Part shown: positions 9,224 through 17,562 of the stretch, in pieces
How positions within the stretch are numbered: the stretch's first letter is position 1
Layout of the letters: the number at the start of each line of letters is the position of its first letter
IMG/VR virus record: IMGVR_UViG_3300031551_000001
Location: 17,886 to 81,885 of that record
Reading direction: 5' to 3' (one strand)
Source of the DNA: a virus
Length of the DNA: 64,000 nt
Notes under the pieces: model-generated
What the model was told of the DNA's origin: nothing
The model's database searches: none
What the model saw: only the letters and a program-made list of their open reading frames with translations
Position numbers and translations under genes: made by a program

Positions 9224-10058
9224 ATCTTGATTTTTTTTTAAAGTTTTTCACAATCCATGTTTTTAAAGGATAATCAGGCTTGCCCCAATACAAACCTGTA
9301 TCGTTAAAATTCAACCATGTTTTCCCGGCTATAGCAACCTCTATATCCTTATAGGTGTCCTGTTTAAAACACGTGGTTCTGTTCTCATAAAAACCCTCGA
9401 ACCCAACTTTATAATCATTCTCCTCCACCAATGGTTTTCCTGAATACTCATCAGGATAAAGATTAAAATATAGTGTGGCAAGAGAATATGGCCGTGCCTG
9501 TTCCCAAAACTTATATTCATTGAACATTTGTTTCAATAAGTCTTTCTTATAAATTAAAGGGAGATGATGTTCAAAGCTGTATTTTGCTTTATGGAGAATA
9601 TATGCTTGGTTAGTGGTTTTCCCATTATGAGAAGACTGGTTTACTTTAAATAGTTTATTTGTATAGTGTAGCCAAGGTACGTTCTTTATCCCCGTTTTAT
9701 CTATTTGTTTAAGAAGAATAATATCATCATATATATAACAAAACTCTTTTGGGCATTGTTCTGAATTGACGTATGTATAAACCTTATTCAAAACATCAAA
9801 ATAATTTTCAAACGGCCTGTGTCCGTTGTTGATTTTTAATAACCTTTCAGGATAAAATCTTTCTATTTGTTCTGAATATCCTTTGTACCATTCAGGGGTA
9901 GTGGTTGAATAAAGAACTACATCAAATTCATCCATAAAATTAGCCTGTAAGGATCTGAGCATATATTTAAGCTCATTATTCCCCCACAGACTATTAATTC
10001 CTAATGGAACAAAAAATATCATATCAAATTGAATATAACTATTATAAGCATCCCACAA
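9216..10058 (-). CDS. Stealth-like sugar-phosphotransferase / GT-A protein
   Basis: NNELKYMLRSL resembles Stealth CR2 ELRYSLRS; F.YIYDD and H.P..Y.K motifs. Confidence 0.55.
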   Translation of the reverse strand: MWDAYNSYIQFDMIFFVPLGINSLWGNNELKYMLRSLQANFMDEFDVVLYSTTTPEWYKGYSEQIERFYPERLLKINNGHRPFENYFDVLNKVYTYVNSEQCPKEFCYIYDDIILLKQIDKTGIKNVPWLHYTNKLFKVNQSSHNGKTTNQAYILHKAKYSFEHHLPLIYKKDLLKQMFNEYKFWEQARPYSLATLYFNLYPDEYSGKPLVEENDYKVGFEGFYENRTTCFKQDTYKDIEVAIAGKTWLNFNDTGLYWGKPDYPLKTWIVKNFKKKSRYE

Positions 10059-10237
10059 AGTCCAACTCCAAAAACTAATATTGTTTCTATGATTACGATT
10101 ATTTTAAAAATATCGCATCCTTTTAAGTAATAAGATTTGTCATTAAAAATCTGATCAAATACGAACATTTTTAGAAATCCTGTGCCAATCAGAGATATAA
10201 GTGACACGATTAAAATAAGTTTGAATATTTCGAACAT
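10019..10237 (-). CDS. Small membrane protein
   Basis: Two hydrophobic stretches. Confidence 0.55.
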   Translation of the reverse strand: MFEIFKLILIVSLISLIGTGFLKMFVFDQIFNDKSYYLKGCDIFKIIVIIETILVFGVGLCGMLIIVIFNLI

Positions 10238-10269
10238 AGCTTTAAAATTTAAGGTTCCAAAGTTAATAA

Positions 10270-10443
10270 TTACTCCATCATTGCCTTTCCCAATGACAAG
10301 AGTGTAAACATAAAAGAATTGTACTCCAAACTACCAACAATTATCACACACGGTATATATAGCGGTAAATACAGAGTATACACTAAAAGTATAATGATAA
10401 AACCTATAAATCTAATAATTAAATTCATTATTATTAGTATCAT
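10270..10443 (-). CDS. Small hydrophobic protein, 57 aa
   Basis: MILIIMNLIIRFIGFIIILLVYTLYLP...; fills the gap in the operon. Confidence 0.4.
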   Translation of the reverse strand: MILIIMNLIIRFIGFIIILLVYTLYLPLYIPCVIIVGSLEYNSFMFTLLSLGKAMME

Positions 10444-10501
10444 TGTTGTCAGGTTTAACCTGACTTATTTACTATGATAAATAAATATATTTCTACACAA
10501 T

Positions 10502-11059
10502 CTAAATAGCGTTGGTAATTTGTTTTGTCGTTGGAGTCCACATGTCTTGTTTCCCACCTTTATGTTCATCTACCCATTTTTTCAGATAATTACAAACACC
10601 ATTAAACCAATCTACCTGAGATTTAGTAGTTACTTTCATTGAAGCATATTTACCTGCTCTAGCATCTTTCATGTATTCTTTAATTTCCCCGGTAAGTCTT
10701 ACTCTTGGAAGATATAACCAATAAGGCTCTAAACATATAGATAATTTATCTGCTGCACAAAGTTTAGAGGGATTAACATTGTCTTTTTTTGCATAAAATC
10801 TTGAGTGATATTTAGACAAATTAGCCCATCTTTCCCCAAATACAGACATAATTTTCGCACCAAATTCCACGTGAGATTCTCCTTCTTCTCCATCCATATT
10901 TGGCTTACCAACATAACCCAAATCATGCACAAAAAACAATAGCCATAATCTTGGATCAAAAGGAAATCCATAGAGTTTCCACCAAGCTATAAACACAAAC
11001 ACAGGATGAATAAAAAAACAATGAGCACCAAACAACACTGATTTAGTTCCTACTTTCAT
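10502..11059 (-). CDS. Phage protein with HD-like motif
   Basis: H...HDLG...H...HS...AD pattern. Confidence 0.65.
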   Translation of the reverse strand: MKVGTKSVLFGAHCFFIHPVFVFIAWWKLYGFPFDPRLWLLFFVHDLGYVGKPNMDGEEGESHVEFGAKIMSVFGERWANLSKYHSRFYAKKDNVNPSKLCAADKLSICLEPYWLYLPRVRLTGEIKEYMKDARAGKYASMKVTTKSQVDWFNGVCNYLKKWVDEHKGGKQDMWTPTTKQITNAI

Positions 11060-11152
11060 AATTAATATTGTTAGTGTTAGATTTTAATTTATTGTTATTA
11101 TCCCATGATAAATAAAGATGTTGAAGATATATTATGCGATTGATTGTTTCCA

Positions 11153-11419
11153 TTATATATAGTTTGTCAATAAATTAAGTATGTCGTGTATCATCTGTTC
11201 TTCCTCCCTGACCTCCGCTTTAATCATATAAAGATAAAATTTAACATAAGACACTTTAAGCCCTTTTGCTATAGACTCTACCATTTTAAGTGTTGGAATT
11301 CGGGTGTTCGTTTCAATTAAGCACAGATAAGATTTCCCAATACCAGCTCTTCTCGCCAGTGTTTTTTGGCTAATTTTTTGTGCTCTTCTGAGGTCTCTTA
11401 TAGCCGTTCCGATTTCCAT
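11153..11419 (-). CDS. XRE-family helix-turn-helix regulator
   Basis: IRDLRRAQKISQKTLARRAGIGKSYLCLIETN..PTL pattern. Confidence 0.9.
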   Translation of the reverse strand: MEIGTAIRDLRRAQKISQKTLARRAGIGKSYLCLIETNTRIPTLKMVESIAKGLKVSYVKFYLYMIKAEVREEEQMIHDILNLLTNYI

Positions 11420-11470
11420 TTCCGTTTCTTAAAAGAACAGTTAGCTTATCAAAAGATATGTTTGGGATGC

Positions 11471-11722
11471 CTATAATACTTTAGAAGCTTCCACCGTAAA
11501 GTTATGCAGGACAACAGACGGATCAATGTTCTGCCTGTTTAATTCCTGCAAATCATCCTCACTCCAACACCCAAGCTCAAATTTGGTGGCCGGAGGTCCG
11601 CCCTTAAAATATTCAGCGGGTAAAGGACGGCTTATTAAGTAAGCCTTTACTAAACAATCCCTTAATGTTCCTATGTCTATATGTTTCTTTTTTGCCTTCA
11701 TGGGCAAAAGTGTTAGTAACAA
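11471..11722 (-). CDS. Hypothetical protein
   Basis: ORF in the operon. Confidence 0.55.
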   Translation of the reverse strand: MLLTLLPMKAKKKHIDIGTLRDCLVKAYLISRPLPAEYFKGGPPATKFELGCWSEDDLQELNRQNIDPSVVLHNFTVEASKVL

Positions 11723-11729
11723 TGCAAAT

Positions 11730-12083
11730 TTAGTAATAATAATTTTGATTAAATGTTGTGTCTGGATAAAAAGAAATGGTATCTACCGCAATAATCTTCC
11801 ACACAGAATCTGGCATTACAAAAAGAGAATCATATAATTCATGAAAAGAAGTATCTACCTCAATACTATCAAGAATAACATTCTCTACATCATTTTCAAA
11901 TGATGCTCTTTCAATAAATGCCAAGGCATCATTTTTATTAGTAAATATTGCTTCGTGATTACATTCATTTATTGTATATGTATCATAATTCCATTTAATT
12001 ATTCTATCAAATTCATCGAGTTCACAAAACGGAATTCCTTGATGTGTTATAACTAAACACCACGTTACTATATATTTCCACAT
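11730..12083 (-). CDS. Hypothetical protein rich in D-[ST]-x sequons, possibly exported
   Basis: Start refined to MWKYIVTWCLVI; DSI, DSL, DSV, DTI, DTT in the C-terminal half. Confidence 0.6.
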   Translation of the reverse strand: MWKYIVTWCLVITHQGIPFCELDEFDRIIKWNYDTYTINECNHEAIFTNKNDALAFIERASFENDVENVILDSIEVDTSFHELYDSLFVMPDSVWKIIAVDTISFYPDTTFNQNYYY

Positions 12084-12084
12084 A

Positions 12085-12351
12085 TCAAACTCCTTTCTTC
12101 CCAAAATATGGTCTCCAAAAAGGCATGTCCCTGGGCGGTATCATTATGGTCTTTTTGTTTCTCATGTCGTGTGCCGGACGGGGGTTTCTGTGTTTTATAA
12201 TAAATCTTCCGAATCTGGAAATATGTACTTCAATTTTATTCTCAAGATTCTTTTTGATCTCACCAAAGGTAACATTGACAATAAGGTCTACCGTTTCTTT
12301 GTCAACTCCGGTTTGTTTTGCTACGTTTTTTACTAATTTTAATGTGTTCAT
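12085..12351 (-). CDS. HU/IHF family DNA-binding protein
   Basis: V.ISRFGRF...R.PR and IPPR..PFWRP pattern; 88 aa. Confidence 0.9.
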   Translation of the reverse strand: MNTLKLVKNVAKQTGVDKETVDLIVNVTFGEIKKNLENKIEVHISRFGRFIIKHRNPRPAHDMRNKKTIMIPPRDMPFWRPYFGKKGV

Positions 12352-12361
12352 ATCGTTAATT

Positions 12362-12781
12362 TCATCTGATTAATACTCTTCCTATGTCGCCCCAAGGCCT
12401 ATAATATTGATTGTTGAATATTCTACTTGTAAGTTCTCTTTTGAGGGATTGATTTCTTTTTTGAGATGGAAACTGAAAAAGAAAATCTTTTTCTATATTA
12501 CTCACTTTCCTGTTAAAATCTTTTTCTGTGTCTGATAAATTTTTATATGTTTTTAACCCGTTTATAATAGCTGCGTGATCTCTCTTATTAAAAATACGAG
12601 CTATATTGATTTTTGAGACATTAAGGTGATTAAATAAATTATGCCAAATAACAAATCTTCCAATAGGGATATTCCCTTCCCTTGATTTTGAAAACAACTC
12701 ATCCTTTGTTACATCAAAATCCTCGCACACACGATTAATTAACCACACCAGCCTTCTTTTATTTGCAAAAGATAAATTCAC
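12362..12781 (-). CDS. DnaA C-terminal-like HTH protein
   Basis: VCEDFDV...L.SKSR...R and IARIFNKRDHAAII match the DnaA domain IV RDHTTV motif. Confidence 0.8.
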   Translation of the reverse strand: MNLSFANKRRLVWLINRVCEDFDVTKDELFSKSREGNIPIGRFVIWHNLFNHLNVSKINIARIFNKRDHAAIINGLKTYKNLSDTEKDFNRKVSNIEKDFLFQFPSQKRNQSLKRELTSRIFNNQYYRPWGDIGRVLIR

Positions 12782-13314
12782 AATTTTATTATTTGTACCT
12801 GTCCTCTTACAGCTTGTTTAAATGCTTTACTTACGTTAATGGCTCTTATAAGGTCTGTTCCGTTAAGTGGTATTTTTCCAGACAAAAGGGAAGATGTCAT
12901 GAGACTCCCAATAGCCTCTGCGTGGCCTACTCCTATTGAAGCGTATGGAAGCTCACAAGACAAGACAGTAAAATTATTATCAATCTCAAAAATCTTTTTG
13001 CCTGTGTTTATTAATATATTCCACAATCCATCAAGCGTAGATACCACATCATTATCCCTTAAATGATCAATAAAATTAGTATACACAGAATCTTCATCAA
13101 TCAAATCTTTTGCGATAGGATTAAATGATGTTTCATTGATCATTTTTCTTAGTTCGTGGATTATTATTGTTTTACCGGCAACACCAATTAAGATGTCTTT
13201 GTGTTGGAATATCTTCTTGTAATTTGTTCTGTAAACATTATCGCCATCATAATAATATGAATCAGAAGCCATCCACGACCCCTTACTCGATATAATTGTT
13301 GCTACTGCGCTCAT
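12778..13314 (-). CDS. HslV/proteasome-beta-like Ntn hydrolase
   Basis: WMASDS, KKIF, IGVAG and YASIGVG..AIGSL motifs. Confidence 0.75.
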   Translation of the reverse strand: MSAVATIISSKGSWMASDSYYYDGDNVYRTNYKKIFQHKDILIGVAGKTIIIHELRKMINETSFNPIAKDLIDEDSVYTNFIDHLRDNDVVSTLDGLWNILINTGKKIFEIDNNFTVLSCELPYASIGVGHAEAIGSLMTSSLLSGKIPLNGTDLIRAINVSKAFKQAVRGQVQIIKL

Positions 13315-14209
13315 TTTTTATTATTTTATTAATATTTTCTGCACTTATTCTAAATCCAGCAGCCCCCTTATGACCACCACCCCCTAGGCTTTTAGCTATA
13401 ATAGAACAATCAGCTTTTCCATTATCATTATATAAACTAAAATTATATGTTCCATTTGCATAATGGAAACAAGCCGCCCCATCATATCCGTCTTTATGAT
13501 AATTTATGCCAAAATTTATGGGATTAAAACGTTCTTTATTTACACAAATAAATTTCCTAACAGTGGTAATATTATTTTCTATTAATTCTACAAATTCTAT
13601 AGGAAATCCATTTTTATATGATTGCTTCGCCTCTGTACATAAGTATTTATAAATTTCTTTTCCAGATGAAATCATTCTATCAGTTAAAAATGATTCTTTT
13701 ATACTTTTTTCAAGCCATTTATAACATTCGTCAACATTACTTATGTTAGCTCGGGCAGCATATTGAAATTCTAATACCTTTTGTTCTTCATTGGTTCCTT
13801 TGTGCCTAAAGCAATCATATCTACCGAGTAAACGAACAAATTCTGGCATTGGTTCTTTAGGGAAACAATAATCCCAAGTAAGTTCACATGCGGCAAATTT
13901 ATTGTCTAGATAATTAATACAAAAAGATTCTCCATCTCCAATAAATTTCTTATAATCATCAATAGCTGATTTATGGTGATCAATCCATATAAATTGCCAT
14001 CCAGATCCTTTTGCATATTTTTCCATTATCTCAATTGGAAATGAAACGTCAACCATAACAATTTTTTCGTTTTCAGGAATATTAGGAAATTCATCTCCAT
14101 AATTCCATCCAAACAATTTAAGATCAATTTCTTTTTCTTTACACCATTTTTTTACGATAGCAGCGCTACACCAACCATCTAAATCTATTGAATGATAAAT
14201 ACAATACAT
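13283..14209 (-). CDS. DHH/DHHA1 phosphoesterase
   Basis: H..DLDG, VD, WIDHH and GGGGHKGAAGF motifs. Confidence 0.92.
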   Translation of the reverse strand: MYCIYHSIDLDGWCSAAIVKKWCKEKEIDLKLFGWNYGDEFPNIPENEKIVMVDVSFPIEIMEKYAKGSGWQFIWIDHHKSAIDDYKKFIGDGESFCINYLDNKFAACELTWDYCFPKEPMPEFVRLLGRYDCFRHKGTNEEQKVLEFQYAARANISNVDECYKWLEKSIKESFLTDRMISSGKEIYKYLCTEAKQSYKNGFPIEFVELIENNITTVRKFICVNKERFNPINFGINYHKDGYDGAACFHYANGTYNFSLYNDNGKADCSIIAKSLGGGGHKGAAGFRISAENINKIIKNERSSNNYIE

Positions 14210-14221
14210 AATTTTAATGTT

Positions 14222-14566
14222 TTATGAGTGCTTAATTAAGAATGTTCCAATTTCAAGACATTGTTCTTTGGGAATTGTAATTTGAATAACAACATCTCCA
14301 TTATCATTTTCTATCCAACTGGCCTTGTCAAGAGTAAAAGTGTGTCCTTCTTTTGAAGTTCCTTTAAGAATATTCTTTTCAATTTCTCTTTCTGTTTCTT
14401 CTATTATATCCTCAGTAGATTGGCCGTCAGAAGGAATGTCACTGTATAGTGGTTCTTTGATATTCGATGTAAATGGCGGAGGGTTGACGCTTTCTTTTGT
14501 CGGCTCAACAGGCGATAATTTACCTGCCTTTTTAAGTTTACTTCCAATTTTTAATAAGTCTTTCAT
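14222..14566 (-). CDS. Hypothetical protein (first gene of the leftward operon)
   Basis: 114-aa ORF preceded by AACTAACGG. Confidence 0.65.
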   Translation of the reverse strand: MKDLLKIGSKLKKAGKLSPVEPTKESVNPPPFTSNIKEPLYSDIPSDGQSTEDIIEETEREIEKNILKGTSKEGHTFTLDKASWIENDNGDVVIQITIPKEQCLEIGTFLIKHS

Positions 14567-14696
14567 ATAAAGTTTCCGTTAGTTTCAAAAACAAAGTACT
14601 GAAATATATTTTTAATAAACAAATATTTTTGATGAAAAATTAATAAAATAGTTGTGCAAATATTTTTTCATGTGAATATTTTTTCATAATATTGTC

Positions 14697-14747
14697 AACG
14701 GACGAATATAAATTGTCGTTTTAATGTAATTTATACCTTGTTAGCTG
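14697..14747 (-). other. attC-like recombination site
   Basis: Minus strand reads CAGCTAAC-N4-TATAAATT...AATTTATA-N7-GTT, an imperfect hairpin with inverse-core and core ends. Confidence 0.6.
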
Positions 14748-14789
14748 ACTGGTGTGGATAATTTAGTACAAACTTTAATAAAAGAACGA

Positions 14790-15752
14790 ATGATAGTAAA
14801 AGAAAAAAAAGGAGGGTGTTTTTTTGACTTAATACAAGGAGATTGTTCTATTGAAAACGAATATATAAAAGATGGTAGTGTTGACCTTATTTTAACTGAT
14901 TTGCCTTATGGTACTGTAAAGGGTATGGGTGGAGATATGGCGAAATATAAACACCTAAGTAATGCAAGTTGGGACGTTGTTATACCTACCGAAAAGATAA
15001 TGCAGATTGCAAACAGAATACTTAGGAAAAACGGCAAAATGGTATTGACCGCAAACCAACCGTTTACAACTGAGCTAATAAGTAAGCAGATACCTAACTT
15101 GCCACATTGCTATAATATGTATTGGGATAAAATGCACTTTGCAAATTGTTTGGTTGCAAACAAAGCTCCAGTAAGCTACATGGAGGATATTTTGGTTTTT
15201 AGTAAAGATTATGACTTTGAAAACTTGCACCCACTTAGAGAATACTTTAGTAATGTACTTTCTTTTATTGGGCTTAAAAAGAAAACCATAATTGAAACAA
15301 TAGGGCAAAGGGCAGACCATGTATTTAGGGTGAAAAGTTCGCAATTTGAATTATGCAAAAAAGAAACATATTTGGCTTTGATTGCTGAATATAGGATTAA
15401 CAATATGGATGACTTTTTAAATTATACGGAACTTGAAAACATAAACGAAAAATACACAAGCACTTTTAATCTATGGGAAGGAAACAAACACAAAAGCAAT
15501 ATACTTAAATACAAAAAGGATTATGATGGGCTCCATCCAACACAAAAGCCTGTATTATTGCTTGAAGATTTGATTAAGACTTTTAGCAATAAAAACGACT
15601 TAGTTGTTGATTTGACAATGGGAAGCGGAAGTACTGGTGTAGCTTGTAAGAATACCAAACGTAACTTTATAGGAATTGAAAAAGACGAGAAGTATTTTGA
15701 TATAGCAGTAAACCGAATTAAAATTATTGAACCAAAACCCCAACAACTTTGA
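14790..15752 (+). CDS. N4-cytosine/N6-adenine DNA methyltransferase (beta class)
   Basis: TDLPYG (motif IV) precedes HPTQKP and DLTMGSGSTG (motif I). ATG at 14790; the ORF track uses an upstream GTG at 14754. Confidence 0.93.
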   Translation: MIVKEKKGGCFFDLIQGDCSIENEYIKDGSVDLILTDLPYGTVKGMGGDMAKYKHLSNASWDVVIPTEKIMQIANRILRKNGKMVLTANQPFTTELISKQIPNLPHCYNMYWDKMHFANCLVANKAPVSYMEDILVFSKDYDFENLHPLREYFSNVLSFIGLKKKTIIETIGQRADHVFRVKSSQFELCKKETYLALIAEYRINNMDDFLNYTELENINEKYTSTFNLWEGNKHKSNILKYKKDYDGLHPTQKPVLLLEDLIKTFSNKNDLVVDLTMGSGSTGVACKNTKRNFIGIEKDEKYFDIAVNRIKIIEPKPQQL

Positions 15753-15834
15753 AAAAGTTGAAGCGGGCTGGCTTTTTTCTTTTACGGATGAACCATATAA
15801 CCTTGATTAAGTGAACGAATGTAGTGCTTGCAGC

Positions 15835-15860
15835 TAACTACTTTATATAAACAATTCAAA
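15835..15860 (-). repeat. 26-bp attI-like site, copy 1
   Basis: Minus strand TTTGAATTGTTTATATAAAGTAGTTA; 25/26 identical to 60800-60825. Confidence 0.75.
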
Positions 15861-16156
15861 ATTTTAATCTTATAACTTTTACTGTCATTAGCGGTATGTA
15901 AAATTTTTTTACTAACTGAATTTTCTCATAATTTTTAGGCATAACTCCAATTTAAAAGAAAAGTTTGCCAACAAGAAAGAAGGATGTTTTGCATCCTTTT
16001 CGAATGTTGTGCCAAATTTATGTGCGAAGCTTATAAATTTAAGTTGTGGTATAAATAAAGAACTTTAAAAAGAAAGAAATTAAAAATAAAGAAAGAAAAA
16101 TTTTACCTGATCGAACAAATGTAAGTCTATGAACGTTTCAAACCCAAAAAGGGAAT

Positions 16157-16270
16157 CAATAAAAAACCGACTGAGTGCGCTGGTAGCTAAACACACAATC
16201 GGTTTATTGAAAAAAAATATCTTATTGCTACCAGCCCCGGTTAAATATTTAAAGAACTGGCACAAATATA
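16157..16270 (-). promoter_or_regulatory. TAnnTTTG promoter followed by a structured leader (interleaved inverted repeats, terminator-like)
   Basis: TATATTTG at 16263-16270; 9-bp IR 16227-16235/16179-16187; second IR 16199-16209/16157-16170 with a U-rich 3' arm. Confidence 0.55.
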
Positions 16271-16313
16271 CAAAATATTTTTAATTGCTTTTTTCGAATA
16301 AAATTTTTTTCAT

Positions 16314-17562
16314 AAATATTTCGGCAAAGAAGCCCATTGATGCCGAAGGCTCGATGGGAGGAATTGCCGCCCCGTAATTAAATTGTTTTCAAATATAAGA
16401 AAATATATTAAATAATTTGCTATCTTTGTGATATGAAATTGACATTGAAAATAAAACTTTTGCCCACTGACGAACAGACTAACTTGCTTCTCGAAACGAT
16501 GAAGGAAGCTAATGCTGTTTGTAATGCCATATCTGATGTTGCTTGGCAAGAAAGGATTTTCAATAATTTTAAACTCCATCACAAAGTTTACCATTCTTAC
16601 AAGGCTACGTTTAAACTTTCTTCTCAAATGCTTATCAGGCAAATAGCTAAAGTTGCTGATGCTTATAAGCTGGATAAGAAAACTAAACGTACTTTTAATC
16701 CACTTGGCGGTATCGCCTACGATAGTAGGATAATGACTTACAAGCCTGACAATGTGATTTCTTTGTGGTGTATTGGTGGCAGACAAAAGATTGATTTTGT
16801 TTGCCACAACCCTGCTTATATTCCTTACATCAAAGGGGAAGCTGATTTGGTTTACAAGAAAGGTAAGCTTTACTTGTTTCAAACTGTTGATGTACCCGAA
16901 GAAGATGTTGAGGACGTAGAAAGCTTCGTGGGTGTGGATTTTGGTTTGGTTTCGATTGCCACACTTAGTAATGGAAAAGAATTTAACTCTAAAATACTTC
17001 AAGAATATCGAGAAAAAAGACAAAAAGTAAGAAGCTCCGTTCAAAGCAAACGCACAAGAGGAAGTAAAAAACTCTTGAAAAGGCTTTCTGGCAGAGAACG
17101 TACACACGCTTCTATCACTAACCATACGATTGCGAAACAAATTGTTCAAATTGCAAAAGAAGAAAACAAAGGAATTGCTTTGGAAGATTTGAAAGGCATC
17201 AGATTTTCTTCTTTGAAAAAAGGCAAAAAGTTTAGAACAAAAGTTGGAAAGTGGTCTTTTAATCAGTTGCGTCAATACATTTCCTACAAAGCTATTCTTA
17301 ATGGTGTTCCTGTTGTTTTGGTTAATCCAAGATACACAAGCAAAACTTGTAATAACTGCCACCACATAGGAAATAGAAAAGGAAAAGTATTTGAATGCAA
17401 CAACTGCGGAAACAGTATGGATGCCGATGTTAACGCATCGCTCAATATTGCTACGCTGGGGGCAATCGTAAATTTGCCTGAAAAGTCGGATATGTATAGC
17501 TGCGCTTTGCATTATTCAGATTTAAAGCCCACCCCATCGCTTTGCGTGGGTGGGTAGTTTAC
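16314..17562 (+). mobile_element. IS200/IS605 family, tnpB-only (IS1341-like) element
   Basis: Left hairpin CCCATTGA...TCGATGGG with guide GAAG at +16..+19 after TCAT; right hairpin CCCACCC...GGGTGGG with guide AAAG, ending TTAC. Confidence 0.85.
16433..17557 (+). CDS. tnpB: RNA-guided endonuclease TnpB
   Basis: RuvC motifs GVDFG, ALEDL, DADVNA; CxxC...CxxC zinc finger; TATCTTTG promoter at 16421. Confidence 0.95.
   Translation: MKLTLKIKLLPTDEQTNLLLETMKEANAVCNAISDVAWQERIFNNFKLHHKVYHSYKATFKLSSQMLIRQIAKVADAYKLDKKTKRTFNPLGGIAYDSRIMTYKPDNVISLWCIGGRQKIDFVCHNPAYIPYIKGEADLVYKKGKLYLFQTVDVPEEDVEDVESFVGVDFGLVSIATLSNGKEFNSKILQEYREKRQKVRSSVQSKRTRGSKKLLKRLSGRERTHASITNHTIAKQIVQIAKEENKGIALEDLKGIRFSSLKKGKKFRTKVGKWSFNQLRQYISYKAILNGVPVVLVNPRYTSKTCNNCHHIGNRKGKVFECNNCGNSMDADVNASLNIATLGAIVNLPEKSDMYSCALHYSDLKPTPSLCVGG

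Larger units (their letters stand above)
14697..15838 (-). mobile_element. Integron-type gene cassette carrying a DNA methyltransferase
   Basis: GTTAGCTG (14740-14747) and CAGCTAAC (15831-15838) are exact complements bracketing a single gene that lies opposite to the flanking genes. Confidence 0.55.

Noticed and set aside
14659-14687. Direct repeat AATATTTTTTCAT x2
   Set aside because: Low-complexity AT-rich promoter DNA; cannot be told from chance.
16310-17512. 400-aa minus-strand ORF
   Set aside because: Antisense shadow of tnpB with no recognisable motifs.
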